DNA from: Fistulifera solaris | Taxonomy: Eukaryota | Assembly: GCA_030295235.1 (NCBI GenBank) | Contig: AP026162.1 | Span: 2,666,001-2,726,884, forward strand | Direction: 5' to 3' | DNA: 60,884 nucleotides | Shown: in pieces, positions 36,254 to 51,000 of the stretch | How the letters are laid out: each line of letters starts with the position of its first letter | How positions within the stretch are numbered: position 1 is the stretch's first letter | Translations under genes and position numbers: made by a program | Notes under the pieces: model-generated | Database searches by the model: none | Told to the model about the DNA's origin: nothing | What the model saw: only the letters and a program-made list of their open reading frames with translations

Positions 36254-36889
36254 ATGAAACAACTGTTACTAACGGCATTTTACTGTTGTTGTCGTCTGCT
36301 TCTTCTGTCGGCAACATCATGCGCTTGGACGACTCCTCCTCTTTCAAGGCCGATAGTCCAAACGCCGAATTCCTTGCACCGCCAAAATCCTCGTCGTAAG
36401 TTTACAGTGTGCCAGGCCAAAACCAATTCCGTAAGAGAAGCCGCACGATCCTGGACTGGTTTGAGCTTCACCGCCATTCGAGCGACGGCACGAGCTGCGA
36501 CAGGCATTAGTTTGTCGGCAATTTACGCGAGTACTTTGGCAGCGACGAGTCTCTGGATACGTCAAACGATGAAATTGATCTTGTCCATGGTACCTCCGCC
36601 ATTGCGATATTTTGCGCAACCGTTTCTTGTGCTCTATTACGCTCCACTTTTTTGGATACGGCAAATCAGTCACAGTAAAGCCCGACGAAAACAACAAAAA
36701 GGAACACATGAGGCGCTTTTAGAAGGCTGGAAACAAGCTGTGGCACAAGCTGATGAGACGGTATCCTACTGGCCGATTCACGTTAGTCAAGATGGATCGT
36801 TGGAATCGGATTTGTCGGAAATGGATGTTTCCGACGCGATTTCGGAATCAATTGAAGTGTCGTTCGACCAGAATAATGGGGCTTCATGA
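36254..36889 (+). CDS. Unknown protein with bipartite plastid-targeting-like N-terminus (211 aa)
   Basis: Signal peptide ends SCA-W (aromatic +1, ASAFAP-type) and is followed by a Ser/Thr/Pro/Arg-rich transit-like stretch. Clean single ORF. Confidence 0.7.
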   Translation: MKQLLLTAFYCCCRLLLLSATSCAWTTPPLSRPIVQTPNSLHRQNPRRKFTVCQAKTNSVREAARSWTGLSFTAIRATARAATGISLSAIYASTLAATSLWIRQTMKLILSMVPPPLRYFAQPFLVLYYAPLFWIRQISHSKARRKQQKGTHEALLEGWKQAVAQADETVSYWPIHVSQDGSLESDLSEMDVSDAISESIEVSFDQNNGAS

Positions 36890-39046
36890 TACATACTTAT
36901 TTAATCAACTGGGATACTTCGTCAAGATGTACGCAATGCCTTATAATCAATTATACTAATGTTTTATTGTTATTCTTTCGCAATGTTTTTCGTTGTGATG
37001 GTTTCCAAAGTTCAAAAAGTAATTTCTCATGACTGCGATCCAGTCGTGCAATTTAGCTTTGTACAATTTGATCTCATAGTAACACTGGAATTGCCCTATT
37101 CGGGGACAATTGAGTACCCAAAGAATCTAGATGACTTGTTGCTAACAAACTTGTTATATTGTCATCGCTGAGATATATTTCTTCATGAGTTGTTACCCGC
37201 TGACCTTCTCATTGCCGTTCGATCGTTTCAGCATCTAGATCGTGACTGCAATCCAGTCGTGAAAAAAGTCGCCTACACGATGAGTTTATACTTGTAGTAC
37301 ATCAGGAAATCGTACGCACGAGATTCACCAGGCCCTACAATGCGAAAGAACTCCAAAGATTATCATATTTCGATGTGTTCGGTTTGAGATGAATCGTTCT
37401 TGGTTGATGGCAAAGGACGATGGTGCTCCTAATTATTTAAAATAGAAATAACGGTTATTCTTCGACGTTTCTTGTATGTTCCTGTCAGTTAAACGGATCG
37501 TTTCTCTTCCTAAAGCAAATCATTGATGATTATATTTAATTTGGCAACTAATGTTATTTGATGTGATATTTTGGTGCTGTATTTGAGACGAACCATCCAA
37601 CTAAATTTGCTGTTAGGAAGACTATGAGTCAAAGTGTAAACGGAATCACACCACGACTGAATTTCAGTCATGAGCCGTATCCTCCTTTAAGACGTGTAAC
37701 GTGTAACTTCCGTTTGTTACAGAAACAATTTGTTTTGAGCTCAACATTATTTTAAGATAGAAAAAATATTGCTTCTTATTTTCATAATGATCGTTTGGTG
37801 GTGTTTTGACGTCGAGACGCGTCCCGGATCTTACGCGGTAGATGTCCGTGACTCTCCTATTTCAGTCATGATACTGTTTTCAATCGATCGTCGTCTCTCG
37901 TCGCGTCCGTTTTTTGCCGTGAAAAACACAATACACTCCTTCCTGCATTCTTTAATCATTTCGTCGTCTTCTACTAACGGATGCCTTTCGAATCTCTTTA
38001 CAATGCTATGGCCTTGCAATCCCTGTTTACAGTGAAGTGTACAGCGGAAGCAGCGACGAGGATATGCAGAATAATATGATGGAAGAGGACCTTTCGTTTG
38101 AGTATCGTCTATCATTGACGATGCAGCAAATCTTCGCAGCGCTTCTTTGCTACGGCAATTTCTTTCTGAGCTAGAGTAACGAAAGAAATGTTTCTTGGTT
38201 CGTGCGGCAGCGCTCAATCACTTTCCGTACATGAGACGGCGATGCGGTGTCGATTTGTCGACTCATACGATTTTCGCTATAGTATACGCGCTCTTTGCTT
38301 TGTCGAAACGCCGTCACTCTGGATGCTTTGGTAAACGAAAATGCTGAATATGAAGTCGACTTGCGCTTTTCTGATGCTGGAGGGCCTGTTACCTCTATAA
38401 TTCGAAGACTCGGTTTTCTTCCGGGCGCAATCCCTTTGGCTTAAGATTGGGAAGGCCGTTGCTTTCCCTGGGATTTTTGAGGGGCGCGATGGCATCTGCA
38501 GTGCTGTCGCGCAACTATCCTTCTATCGGAAACGTCCTGAAAGGGACGGAGTGCAAGACTCTGCACAGGGGCCTGAGGTGGGCCCGGTTGTAAGACCAGC
38601 TGTATTTTCGTGACACGGTCGGCATTCCGATCCCACTATTTCTACTCGTTGTGGTGGCCTCTGTGTTCGATTGCTCGTTCGTTGCTACCATCTCGGTCGT
38701 TACGTGATTTTCTGCTGGGACTCGAACTCTTGTTAGTGGTTTGATGGAAGCGTGCTGACGACTCGTGATCAGTTGTTGGTTCTGGTTCATGGATGGCGCG
38801 CGAGTACATACAGTTGCGAGTGATTGAAACAGAAGCAGGGCTTTTATTGCTTTCACGCACGCGGTGGAGGATCGGTTTGGCTCATCCACAAAATGCAAAA
38901 AAAGAGGCGGAGGTGTGACGAGGCGACACTGGAGTCGCACATGGCACAGAATGCTAAATTATTGCTATCTTTTGTTTTAACTCGTGATTGAATGTATTCA
39001 TGTAATATGTAATAGTTTTTGTTTCCGTACAAACCACCTGTTATCT

Positions 39047-42000
39047 TTAGGCGGCTGGAGCAATCGTAGACGATGATTCCGCGTCGGTACAATGGGGTCC
39101 GGTCGAGACGCCACCAACTCGATCGGCTCGCAACTGACCACTTTCCGTGAACAAGATTTCTTGAATATCTTGGATCAAGCGATGCTCGAGGAATAATCCT
39201 TCCATGCTGGTTTGGATGGGCGCCGCGACTTGTGCATCGATGGCAATGCCATCTACGGAAAAGTCCGGACCAAACTGGCCGTTGGCAGCCGTTCCGACTT
39301 GAATGTTGAAAAAGTCACCGGCAAAGTCTTGTGCCGCCGAGGACGAAAATGCGTTGGCATTTACAGCCACTCGAGTTGTCTGGGCACTATCAATCTCGTT
39401 GTACATTTCTCCCGTCAAAAATTCACCCAACATCACGTTACTGTTGTCCAGACCGATAAACGAATCACCATGAATTTTGGGCTTGGAGGCATCGGGTAAC
39501 TGCGAATACCTTTCATCGTAGAATTGAATGCCAAATTGGAGGGAAGCCACGGGATCGTCAGAGGCAAGTTTTGAGCGCACATTCTTAATAGACTGCGTGT
39601 ATCGAGAAAGGGATCCCGTATTCGGGTTTTGGAACGTGACGACCGAACCGAAGAAAGCGAAATCACCCGCCGCCAAATTCACTGCCAGGTTTTGTTTTAT
39701 TGTGTCGGATCCAACGGTCAATACAAACGGAAGGTCATCAAAGGGAGCTTGTCCACTGTACGCGGCCGATCGAGATAAACGGCTCACGTGCGAGATCAAA
39801 GCACTTCTCAATCGATCCGGAACGTTTCGCAGCTTTCGCGTCGCAAATCTCTTTTGGGAACGCGAGAGGTAACCGAGTCGATACGCACTCGGAGATTTGT
39901 CAACGTGGAAATAGAGCAGACTCGAATCACCAATTAGTATGTCGCCGTTTCCATTTGATGTGAGTACATCATTCGCAAGGGAAAGAGCGTGTGTTGACGT
40001 CTGCCCAATTTGATTAGAATATTTAGCAGCCATTTTTGTCATCAAGTCCGTATGAAATTCATACAGGCAGATGTTGACGTCCCATAGAATGCGCTCAACA
40101 TCGGCTAGTCGCTGCATCATTGAATTGAGCTTATCTACGTCTAAAAGAAGACGCCTGCCGCTCACAAACGACCCTGAGCCGATAGTTCGTACAACTATAG
40201 TCATCGTGTCACCCGTGACGAGCGCAAACCCACCCGACGACGTTTCGATCTCATCGTCGCCTACGCTTATGTTGTAAGCGCCGATCACACTACCCGAAAA
40301 GGATTCCTGGTCAACCTCCATGGTGCTCAAACGAACTCCTAGAGCGTTGACTAGATTATCAATGCGACGCTGAATAGCAACAATTTCTGGGACGTCCGAC
40401 ACGTCAATTCCTGAATAGGCCCTGATGTCATCGCCGATGATTAGATTGTCACCCAAACCGGATGTGATAATGTCGTTTCCGTGCATTCTTTGATTTTCTC
40501 GCAAGAACCCTGGTGTGATTCGGAACATCGGGTGTACACAGTAGTTGCCGCTGGTTGTACTGATGCCGGCAACTCCGAGAACATCACGGAGAAGATTGTG
40601 TCCGCTTAACACATGATCCGCGTTCAAAACCATGTCCACAATGGATCCGAGGAAGTCGATTTGGCCGTATTGGTCAGGATACAATTCATACTCCGCAGCA
40701 AACAAAACGCCATATTCCTTATCAGAAACGCCCTCGATCAGGTAGTTGCTCGTGGATTGATCACGCAAAGCGCGGTATACTTGATGGATTTGAGGCAGGT
40801 CCATGTGCACGGGGACCACATTCCATCCAGCGTCTCCAATAATCAAGTCATTTCCTGATCCTCCATTGATTTGATCTCCGCCTCGCTGCCCAATGAGAAC
40901 GTCATTGCCGTCTCCGCCGTCGAGTACATCATCATAGCTATCGACAAGCTCAAACTGAATCAGATCAGTCAACCAATCATCACCGCCAGCTGCATACTTT
41001 CCGCCGCTGTTCGTGTAAGCCGGTGCCACAAAAAGAAGCGACGCGGACATGACGCTTTCGAATGACAACGGGGACGTTTCCACTTTAAGTTTCTGTGAGA
41101 TACGATCTACGCCTGAAATATAACCAAGCTCCTCCAAAATGACATCCTTGTGCCAAGTTCCGTCCGTGTTGAGACGGGCGGAGCCGTCCTTTCGTAGCGA
41201 CGCACAATGTATCCAACATCCCCTAGCACTATATCAGATCCATCCTCGCCCGATAATGTATCTGCACCAAGTTCACCGTAGATTTCTGCGAGAAGTCAAG
41301 CAATGAGGGTGAGACTTGGGGCTTACATCAATCTGAAACTGCTTCAACTAATTCATAAGTCACGTACCATCTTCTCCAGTACCACCATTAATGACTGGAA
41401 AAAGGAAGAAAAAGGCGTTTGTTAGTGAACTGAAACTTGTGAGCGTCTATCAGCAATCGTCTACCTACCATCGTCACCTCTTTGGCCGTGAAGAACGTCA
41501 TTTCCATCGCCACCGTCGATCAAATCATTGCCCTGCAAGTAAAAAAGAGAGCGAGGTGAGCATCTGGTAGTGCAGCGTGGAATTTTCACGATTTTGTACG
41601 TACCCCGATCTCGTCAACGTCGTCGTAGCGTCGGGTCTCACGTATTACCTCGGTGTCAAATGGCTCGGTGTACTTCTGCCACACCATTCCGTTCAGCCAA
41701 GGGAATGTAGAAGTCGAACTTACTAGCTGCCGAACAATTTGTCCGTTGTCTCCAAGGATCGAATCCTCTTCAAGACCACCGCTCAACTCGTCTCCCGTGT
41801 CAGCACCAAAATCTATGTTGTGGCCGCCATAAATGTCGTCGTTGCCTGCTTCGCCGTAAACTTTATCGGATCCCTAGCGAACAGAATTGGTTGCAAACGA
41901 TAGAGAACGGAGCGTCAGATTGGGAAAGGAAGCATTTAGGAAGTAGAATACTCTTCAGACGTACCTCTTGCCCAAGAATAAAATCATCGCCGTCGCCTCC

Positions 42001-45000
42001 GTAGATCTCATCATTGCCTGCATACTCGGGAAACTCAATGAAGCTCTGGTAGTTTTGGTGGTCCAAGAACTCCGTTTCCGTGTCGAAAACTCCGAAATCG
42101 CCCAGAATCACATCCTGACCGGCGTTTCCTTCAATATAGTCACCCAATGCGCCACCGAAAGCCTAACGAATGAATTAGATAAAATTCTAGCTTTCGAATA
42201 CGGAATGCATTCCACTTGTACTTACAATGTCGTCACCGGCTCCTAAATAGATCTCGTCCAAACCGCCGGCACAAGCTGCTTCCACCGTTTCGGCAATTTG
42301 AAGTTTGTGTGAGGAATCCGCATAAAGACTGATGCTCGCGTGATCTCCAAACGCAAGATCCATTGCACTGCTGCCTTGAATTGTATCGTTGAAACTTCCG
42401 CCAACAATGTAATTAACTGTTCCCTCGCCTCCCGACAGCTCGTCATTTCCACCGTGATCGCAGCCCAATGTGGACAGGGACGTCGGGTAGCCAGTATCCA
42501 TGTCGAAAAGCAGTTGAGCAGAATCACCGAACTGACGAACGAAACTGTTAGTGAACGAAAAATGAGGCGCCGTAAAAGCGCGCTTCAAAACTTACTAGTA
42601 TGTCGTTCCCAAGGTTTCCGGTGACGATGTCATCGGAAAATCCTCCAATAGCGCAATCGTCACCCTCTCCTAGAACTATGACATCATTGTCTCCCTCGTC
42701 AAATGCCAGAGAGAACGCATCCGTCACGAATCGAAGTACGCCATCAGTAAAGTCACCATAGCCGCCTCCACCAGCTTGGGCCGCAATGTTGCTTGACTTG
42801 AAAATATTAGTAGATGGCGATCGCCATAGTACTCGACCAAAGTCTCCGAGAATTATGTCATTATTCGTGCCGCCGGTCAGAGTATCCTTGCCACCATCAC
42901 CAAACAGGATAACCGGAACAGAAGACTCCGAGGCGTCTAAAATGTCATCGCCTCCCTGGCCATTTGCAACAAACACCGTATTTGCCTCGTCGATCGAGAT
43001 CGTGAGCTTGTCGTCGCCGTCTCCGCAATGGATAGATGTAGTTGTCTGCAGAGTCGGGGATGTTGGATCCGTTGCGATCGACACCACGTTGACTTCATCG
43101 TTCTCAGGACTGAGCCACAAGTTGACGCCGCTAATCCAGTTTCCGCCGTTTGCATTGAAAAGATGTCGCCGACGTCTTCGTGAATTGCCGTAAACGAATT
43201 GCTGGCGAAAATTGCGGGTCCTTTTCCGACATTGCTGCTTTCGTCTGAGATCAAAAGTCGATGACGTCCTTTGGCGACATTAATGGTCAGGTCGCGTTCA
43301 ATGTAGTCGAGCCATCCGTGTAAAAAGTCCACAGTGGAAGAAGTCGTCACGTCTTCATTCGCATCCGACGAGATAAAGACATCATCATCGCCATCCTGTG
43401 TTGTAATCGTGGTTGTTGCACTCGTACCTCTCACATTCAAGACGACTTTCGAATCCGAGCTTGCTGGGTTTCCCATTGTAATGTCCAGCAATTCAACATC
43501 CGCATACGCCACGTCCGAACTTTGGAAAGAATATCGTTCGTCTCGTTGAGAAAAATTTCGGGCGTGAAGCCGGTAAGGCTGGAAGTCTCTAAGGTTAGAG
43601 TTACTCCGTCATTCAATCGCTCGCCCAAAAGAAAACAGCAAAAGCTTCATCTCCCACCGCGTAAACCTTGACCGCTTCCGCGCATCGCGACGTCTCATTT
43701 TTCCGCACTTGTCGCCGTCAGGAAAGATCAGATGTTGAAGCGCTTCCTCGATGATCGCACTGCTAGTCGGATAGGGAATATCGACATCCGACGTCATTGA
43801 TGCTGTCGAATCATTTACTGCGATACTGAAGGAACCACCCGTGGAGCCTCTAAGGTTGAATAGAAAAACGTCTCGTGGAATACGAGATGCTGCGTCGTCT
43901 GTGTTTACCATACTTTCGGTTTCGATTGTGTTTCGAGTAACATTCAAAACGTCGTCACTGATACTGTCACCTGAATTGTCTACAATCAACCGATCAGTTC
44001 CGCCGTCGTCGTTTCCGCCGTCGAACGCAAGAAGACCATTGATGGCGCTAACCGTTAATGCCTGGGACGCGACGGTGACTGTATCCGATCCACCACCACC
44101 ATGGATGACGAAGTGTCCTGAAATATTCTGTATTTCAACGGAATCATCGCCATCACCCAAATCAACAAAGTGGACAGCAACGGATGAGCTTTCGACGGTG
44201 AATCTGTCAACACCGCTACCGAATGAAAACTCAACGACCTCCATTCCGTTATAAGTGATGCCGTCATTCTGCTTTTGTCCGCCAATCACCAGCTCTTTCG
44301 CCATGTTGTATCCGACAAATTGGGCACTGCTTAATACACCGCTTGAAGGACTGGATCCTTGCACATCAATGTTGAAAATTTTCAGCGTGTCCACTTGCAG
44401 TTCTGGGTAGACCAGCTCTGACGGGGCAGCTTCCAAGAACGCAAACACACTGGTGTCGTTTTCTCCGGGAAGAAGTACCGCCTCGCGGATGCTAGGAACT
44501 TCGGCAGAGGTATCGCCCTCGATGAAAATAGGCCCTTGGATGTAGGCTAGGAAGGATGGCTGATCTGGAAAGTGAAGCAAATCAACGCCTTCCTCCTCCT
44601 CATCGTTCTTTGCTATGACGCGCACCATTTGCTCGATATTCCATGTCTCGTTGGTGAAGACCAGTTGAAGAGTTTCATCCTCACTACCTTCAGCGCCCAA
44701 AAGCACTTGTATTCTGGCGTCTGTGTTCTTCGGCAACTTGTAATCGCTCGCCTTCGCAATCGATTCAACTGTCACAATCACATCCTCAGAAGGCTTGCTA
44801 GCGAGTCGGATTGTGTATGAATCTAAGTAAAAGGAATCGTCGGGCAATTGATCGATAACATCCTGGTCAAGCTCGGCCGTGCTCGTTACACCCAAACTCT
44901 CCTTTATCACAACATTTGGCACCAAATCATCGTAGATACGAACCAACACACTGTCAGCGTACAATATACTGTCATCGGAGAGGCGAATGTCTTCTTGATT

Positions 45001-48000
45001 TGAGTCGACGACTTTGTGCGTTAGCGTCACAAAGTGAATTCCTTCCTCGTCGGAATCCACAACGGGGGTAACTTGAACGGTCACTTTACAGCTTGGCGCG
45101 CTTCCCCATGCTGCAGAATCGATGACCGCAGGGTTGACGGTCACCCTGCCGGTCTCTGTCGGAACAATTTCAACTATCGTGTCGTCCATCATCGCACTTG
45201 TGCAGGGGCGCAGGTACACATCGTACGAACTCGACCATCCATTCACTCCTTCTCCGACGTAAGTGTAGCCGTCTGGTTCGACCACAGTGACAGACTTGGC
45301 AAGTGCGCTATCTTTTTCCGGCAGAAGCTTGACGGACACGGGACGAATCGTTTGCGCCGTCGTCTCAAATCTTTCATCCGGCGACTCTAAGGGAACAAGA
45401 TCAAGCTTGATCAGTAAATTGTAGTCGGTTATTTCGAGACGAGTTGCAGCCGGGTTAAAAGTTGCGATAACCTCTTGCGGCTCTGCCGTCTCATTAAAGA
45501 CGAGCTCAATCGCAGTTAGATCGTCTCCGTTCAAAAGCAACCATGCATTTCCGTTTACATCCGTCTGTGCTGCAACTTGGACTGTGACCCAGGGATCAGG
45601 AATGACTGTAGGATACACCCAGAAGGAGAAAGTACCAAGACCATCTTCGTCCATGACATGAATTGCTTCGGTCTCGATAACGTTGAAATATGCTCCCGAC
45701 TCGCCGTCGTTGTCCAGAACGTCGACAGCAACTCCCTCCACAGCCAATCCGTCGTAACCAAGATCGTCGCTAGCAACTGTGTGTCGGAGAACACCCCTAT
45801 GACCCCGTAGATTTTTCGATACAACGGGATCGACGTTTTGCGGCGTTATGACAAAGGTATCGGAGCCCTCCGCGCCGTAGAGATATCTGAAAGGAGGACG
45901 TCGAACAAGCGAAGCATATGAGCGAAAATGTCTTTGTCAATCAATCAGTAAATACATCTTCGAACTTACAGAGCGAGATTAGGACTCGTCGAAAGAACAG
46001 TGAGCGTGTCATCTCCGGCGCCTCCAGTAAGAGCGATTGCTTCGATATTTGTGAACGAAATGCTCAAGCCGCCGCCAAACACCGAGCCAGCTGTGACAAC
46101 GTAGCGATCGTCTGCTTCTGTTCCAACAACAATAAGCTTATCGTTACCCGTTCCACCGTCGACGTCGACCAAACTATTTACAACGTAATCAGGAAGGCCT
46201 TGAGAATTTGAAGATTCCTGAGATCCGGTCGAATTGTCGCTCGTACCGGAAAAATCGAAAGCGTCTGATCCATCCGCTCCCTTCAAAGTGACATTTCCCA
46301 AGGTCGTATTCTCTAGAGGATTACCCAAGACATCCAAATCTAATGCCAAAAACGACCTAACAACGAAAAGATCGTCATCGGAGTCGCCATTCAAATCCAG
46401 CAACTGGCGGTTACGTAAGACATCGAAAAAGTCGTTTCCGAACCCGCCATTAATCGTCAGCGAAAAGGAATTTCCATCCGACAAATAGCCTTTGGTCGTT
46501 AGCGTTGTCGTAATCGGATCGTTGATGTTCACGTTTGCATTCTCGTCTCGCTCGGAATTGTAAAGCTGTCCAATGTAAAAGGCTGGTTTTAAAACGATTA
46601 GATAAATTCGCCTAAGCTGCAATAAAATAATGAGCCCGGGCTACTTACAATCTGCGTCATCGCCACCAAAGACATTCATGGGTCCCATTGTATCATCAAA
46701 GTACATCTCGTTCTCTCCATTATTCAGATTAATTTGGATGGTATTGAGACTAACGCTATCGATATCCACACTGATGCGTTCAACGTCCGAATTCACGTCC
46801 GACCCATCATGAATATTGGCAATAAAGTTGCGTCGACTCAACAAATAACAAGCAAAGTTGGAGCACTCGACAGTCAAAGTGTTGATGCCTTCGCCAATGT
46901 CGTCAAACAGGTCAACGTTAGTCCACCCCGTTGACGTCAGCAAAACTGTGATCTCGTCGTCGTTCAAACCCCCACTCCATCGTACGGCTGAGGTGTCCAG
47001 CGTGTTGACGCTCAGAACTTCGTTTCCGTCCGTGCCATCAATCGTGAGAGAATCGTCACCGTCATCTCCATAGATAGTGATGGTGGAATTGTCTCCTGCA
47101 CCGTAAATGTAAAACACATCGTTTCCCCTCGGCCTTCAACAAATACATCGCCTTGCGTGTCATTCACTGTAAGGCGATCGTTCGCGTCCTGGAAGTATAT
47201 GAACGTCTCGGAATACTGTGGCGTCGATTCGACAAACAACTCGTTCGCGCCTTTACTCATATAGAGATTCACATATTCAATCGAGAAAAAGTCCACATCG
47301 GTACCGTTGCCATTTGTACCAAACAATAACCCCAAGACGGAGGCACTGGAAAGCTGACCTCCGCTTCTTCCCATCGTTTCACCTTTATCGTTAACCGTCA
47401 GCGTATCGGTTCCACCATTGCCGTCGACAAGAATTCGAACAGAAATATCAGCGAGCCCAACCGCATCTGTACCAACCGAAATCTCATCGTCATCGTCTCC
47501 CGTCTGAATTGATATGTAACCCTTTTCGTTGATGGTAGTACTCTCCACAATAACTGTATCTTTGCAGTTGGACATTAAAATTTCCACGTAAATGAACGGA
47601 GAGCCAAATCGGAACTGCTTGTTTACGGAGCCATTCGTCGTCGCCCTGGTAATATCCGCCACCAAATCGTTTCCTGACATGAACAGCTTGACGCTATTGC
47701 CGTCTTCGCAGTCTACATCGTCTTCAAACCCAAAATTAATGGTCAACTTGGCGTCTGTCGCTTCTCCACCGGACGCTATGATTTCGCAGCCACTCTGGAA
47801 AGCAGTCGCATTGATTACGACATTGGTATGACCTTCTAGCTCCCACAGCGTGTTGCAATCATCAATGGTGGTCTTTAAAAAGGCTTGCTCAGGGGTGGGC
47901 ATCTTGATTGTCGCCGTAGCAATGGACAAGAACTGCATGTAAAAGCTTCCGATAAGAACCTCGTTTTCGGAAATGAAGATCTCATCGTTGGACAGAATGG

Positions 48001-51000
48001 TGGTCGCCGTACTGTAATCGAAAATCGCGACATTGTAAGCAGTGCCTGGTGTTAAGACAGGCGATTGTAAATTTCGGTAGAGCACATCCGTCGCCGAAGC
48101 GATACTGGCGGTGGAACCAGAGTCGGAAATTCTCTTGATTCCGGTGAAATCCTGGACACCGAGGCCTTCAATGCACTCAATGCGCTCATTTCCGGTTGTA
48201 CCCTCGAGTCCTGTACACTCGAGATCGTCGGCAGCTGAAGCGGAAAGTAAAAGTGCACCATCATCGGTCGCTTGAATGGGCATACCCGAGATCGCCGGTC
48301 GGAAAATGAGTGGCGGAATCAAATCAAATTTATAGCTGACCTCATACTTGAACAAAGTGATCTCCACAAAGCCCAAGAAGAGACCGATCTTGATGTAAAT
48401 TGTGATGGTAATGAAGATTTGGATTCCGAACTCGAACCACTCGAGCGGATTGGACCCGGATGTGAGCAATTCAAAGGGACGCACCAGACCACCGCTTTCC
48501 TCGGGGTAAGGGTCGTAGAGATCAACGCTTACAATGAAGGTTATTGCTCCGCTCACGCCCACCTGTACGATTTAGCAGTAATTGTCAGTGGTTGACGCAG
48601 TCAAAAACAACCAACCAGTACACTCGCTCAAAACAATTCATACCTTCACAATCACAGCAGATACATCCACGGCAACAGTCACGGAGGCAGTCAAAGTTAT
48701 CATCGCTTCATCGACGCCGTCAAACGTGTCTTTCAATGCAAAGCTGTTCAAGGCTTTGAGAGGCTCCTCCTGCTCCACGGCTTCACGAATGCCCTTGCTG
48801 TCCAAAAACGAAACCGACGCGTAATACAGCCGTAAACTCGAACGTGATGGTCAACTCGACCGTAGGAGGCGTGTAAAGAACGAAGAATAGCTCGAACGTG
48901 AACGCAAATGTTACCGGATCGGGTGAAAAATCAACGATTTGCTGAAAAAGGGGAGTAAAAAGTCGCGAATCATGAGTCACGTATACATTCAAAACCGTTG
49001 TGACAGACAAACAGCGCATGTCCCCACTTCGTTCTCGTCCGTACTACTTACAATGTCACCGCCCGAAAGCAAACCGACCACGCTCGTCAAATCGCTCATA
49101 AAGGGAAACGTCAGTCCATTCACGCTTCGTCCCTTGCAAAATAAGTAGTTCTTCTGACACGTTACTTTTGTTGTTCCGGTGCAGCCGGTACAGCTTCCTA
49201 CGCAATCGGGGATAACGAAACTAGTGGGCGTGCACGTGCTCGATTGCAGACCTCGTTCCAGTTCAACGAGATGAGACGGAGTCACTGGCAAAGAAGCGGC
49301 ATCTTCGAATTCAAACACTTGACTCATTCCATCCGAAACCCTCAATGATAGCTTTCGACGCTCATCGGCAAACACACCGCCCGTGCAATTGAAACCGTCC
49401 AGCACATCACATTCATCGGCAAGAAGCAAGCCACCATCTTCCAAAAAGCCACCGATCAACTCATTAATTTGTTTGTACGTTTGAATGATTCGACGAACGG
49501 TAGGAGCTCCAGATTTGGGACCAATCATCGCCTCTGCAATGTCCAACACGGTGATCTTCTTGTTCATAATGTCGGAAATTCCGGGCAAGCGTTCCTCTAA
49601 AATCAGCAGTGGCCGAATCATTTTGTCCAAGAAACCGGTCCCATCATTGTTGGTCAATTCGCTCAATACCGGTTCGACAAGATCTCGGATTTTGGTCATG
49701 TCCAACGTCAGTTGACTCACACGGGCACAAAACGTAGAATTCGCTTCAATGGGACACTCTTCAAATTCAAAATCATCCGCCAAAGAGCAAATTCATCGGA
49801 AAATGACAAGGATCGCGAGAGAAGAGCCGTCTCATGCCCCAAGAGCACAGGGTGCACGCCTAGATTTCTTCGAGCCACATCAAACTTTAACCTCCGGGCG
49901 GAAGAATCATCTCGAGAAATCACCTTTCGGGCTTGTGCGTAAATCTCTGCAGTGAGCTGCGGAATGTAAGCTACAACCTCTTGCGCCAGAGAGCTGCCTC
50001 CCAACAGATCAACACTGACTTCAAATCGAACTTCGGGAATTTCCACTGTCGCACCCGCTGTGGCACCAGGGACGAATAAATCACTGATCTTCGTAATCTT
50101 GCGGAAGGAATCACGAGTGAGGCGACCGTATTGCGGATCTGTGGCGTTTTCTCCCGATTTCAAACGCAGCGCATTGCCTTTGTCCATATCGACGGATAAT
50201 CCTACGGCAACTACTAAATCGCCGTTACTGAGCGATCCTTTCAAAAACAGTAAGGTCGCATCCAACGTGAACCCAAGAACCGCTAAACCGGCTTCGATTG
50301 TAATCTCTGGCCCGTCGTCCGGAAAGGTGAACAGGAAGAAGCCCGGGCCCTCCATGTATCCAAATGCAAGGTCAAAACCCCATCCGATCTTCAACGACGA
50401 GTCTCCACCATCGAAAGTAATCTCCAGCGGGAAATCACCAGCGTCAAGATCGAAATCGAGGGAAGATCTATGCTGAATGACTGACCAAAAGGAATACTCC
50501 ACATGACCGACGTAGGATCACTTGAGTCGTCCACGCAATCGACTATTTCTTGCCGCGATGTGTCGTTGCTGTAAACATAACAAAGGAATTCTGTCGACTT
50601 GTTTTCGAGACGGAGACTTGGCTCGACTGCATCGAGCGCTTTATCCATCAGTCTTGCCAGAATATCACCGACCGTATCCGTCTTTCCTTCAAACGAATTC
50701 AGACCCTCTTGCAGGAAAGGAATCACTTTGTTTCGCCCCTTGGCTAGAATGTTGTTCGATGTACCAGCTCCGAGAGCATCGCCCAAGCCGTTCCGAATAA
50801 AAGGGACGGGGAATCGCGTAATGATACCATTCTCACCGACTGAAGCCTCCTCTGCAGTCTCAAAAACGTCATCTAGAGCGTCTATTATGCCTTGGGGCTC
50901 CGCCAATAGAATGTCCAACAAGCTGGGAACCTCGAACGATGGCAAAGTCGGCGTGAATTCAACACTGAGAACAGAAGTATCCCCCAAAAAGAAAGCTTGC

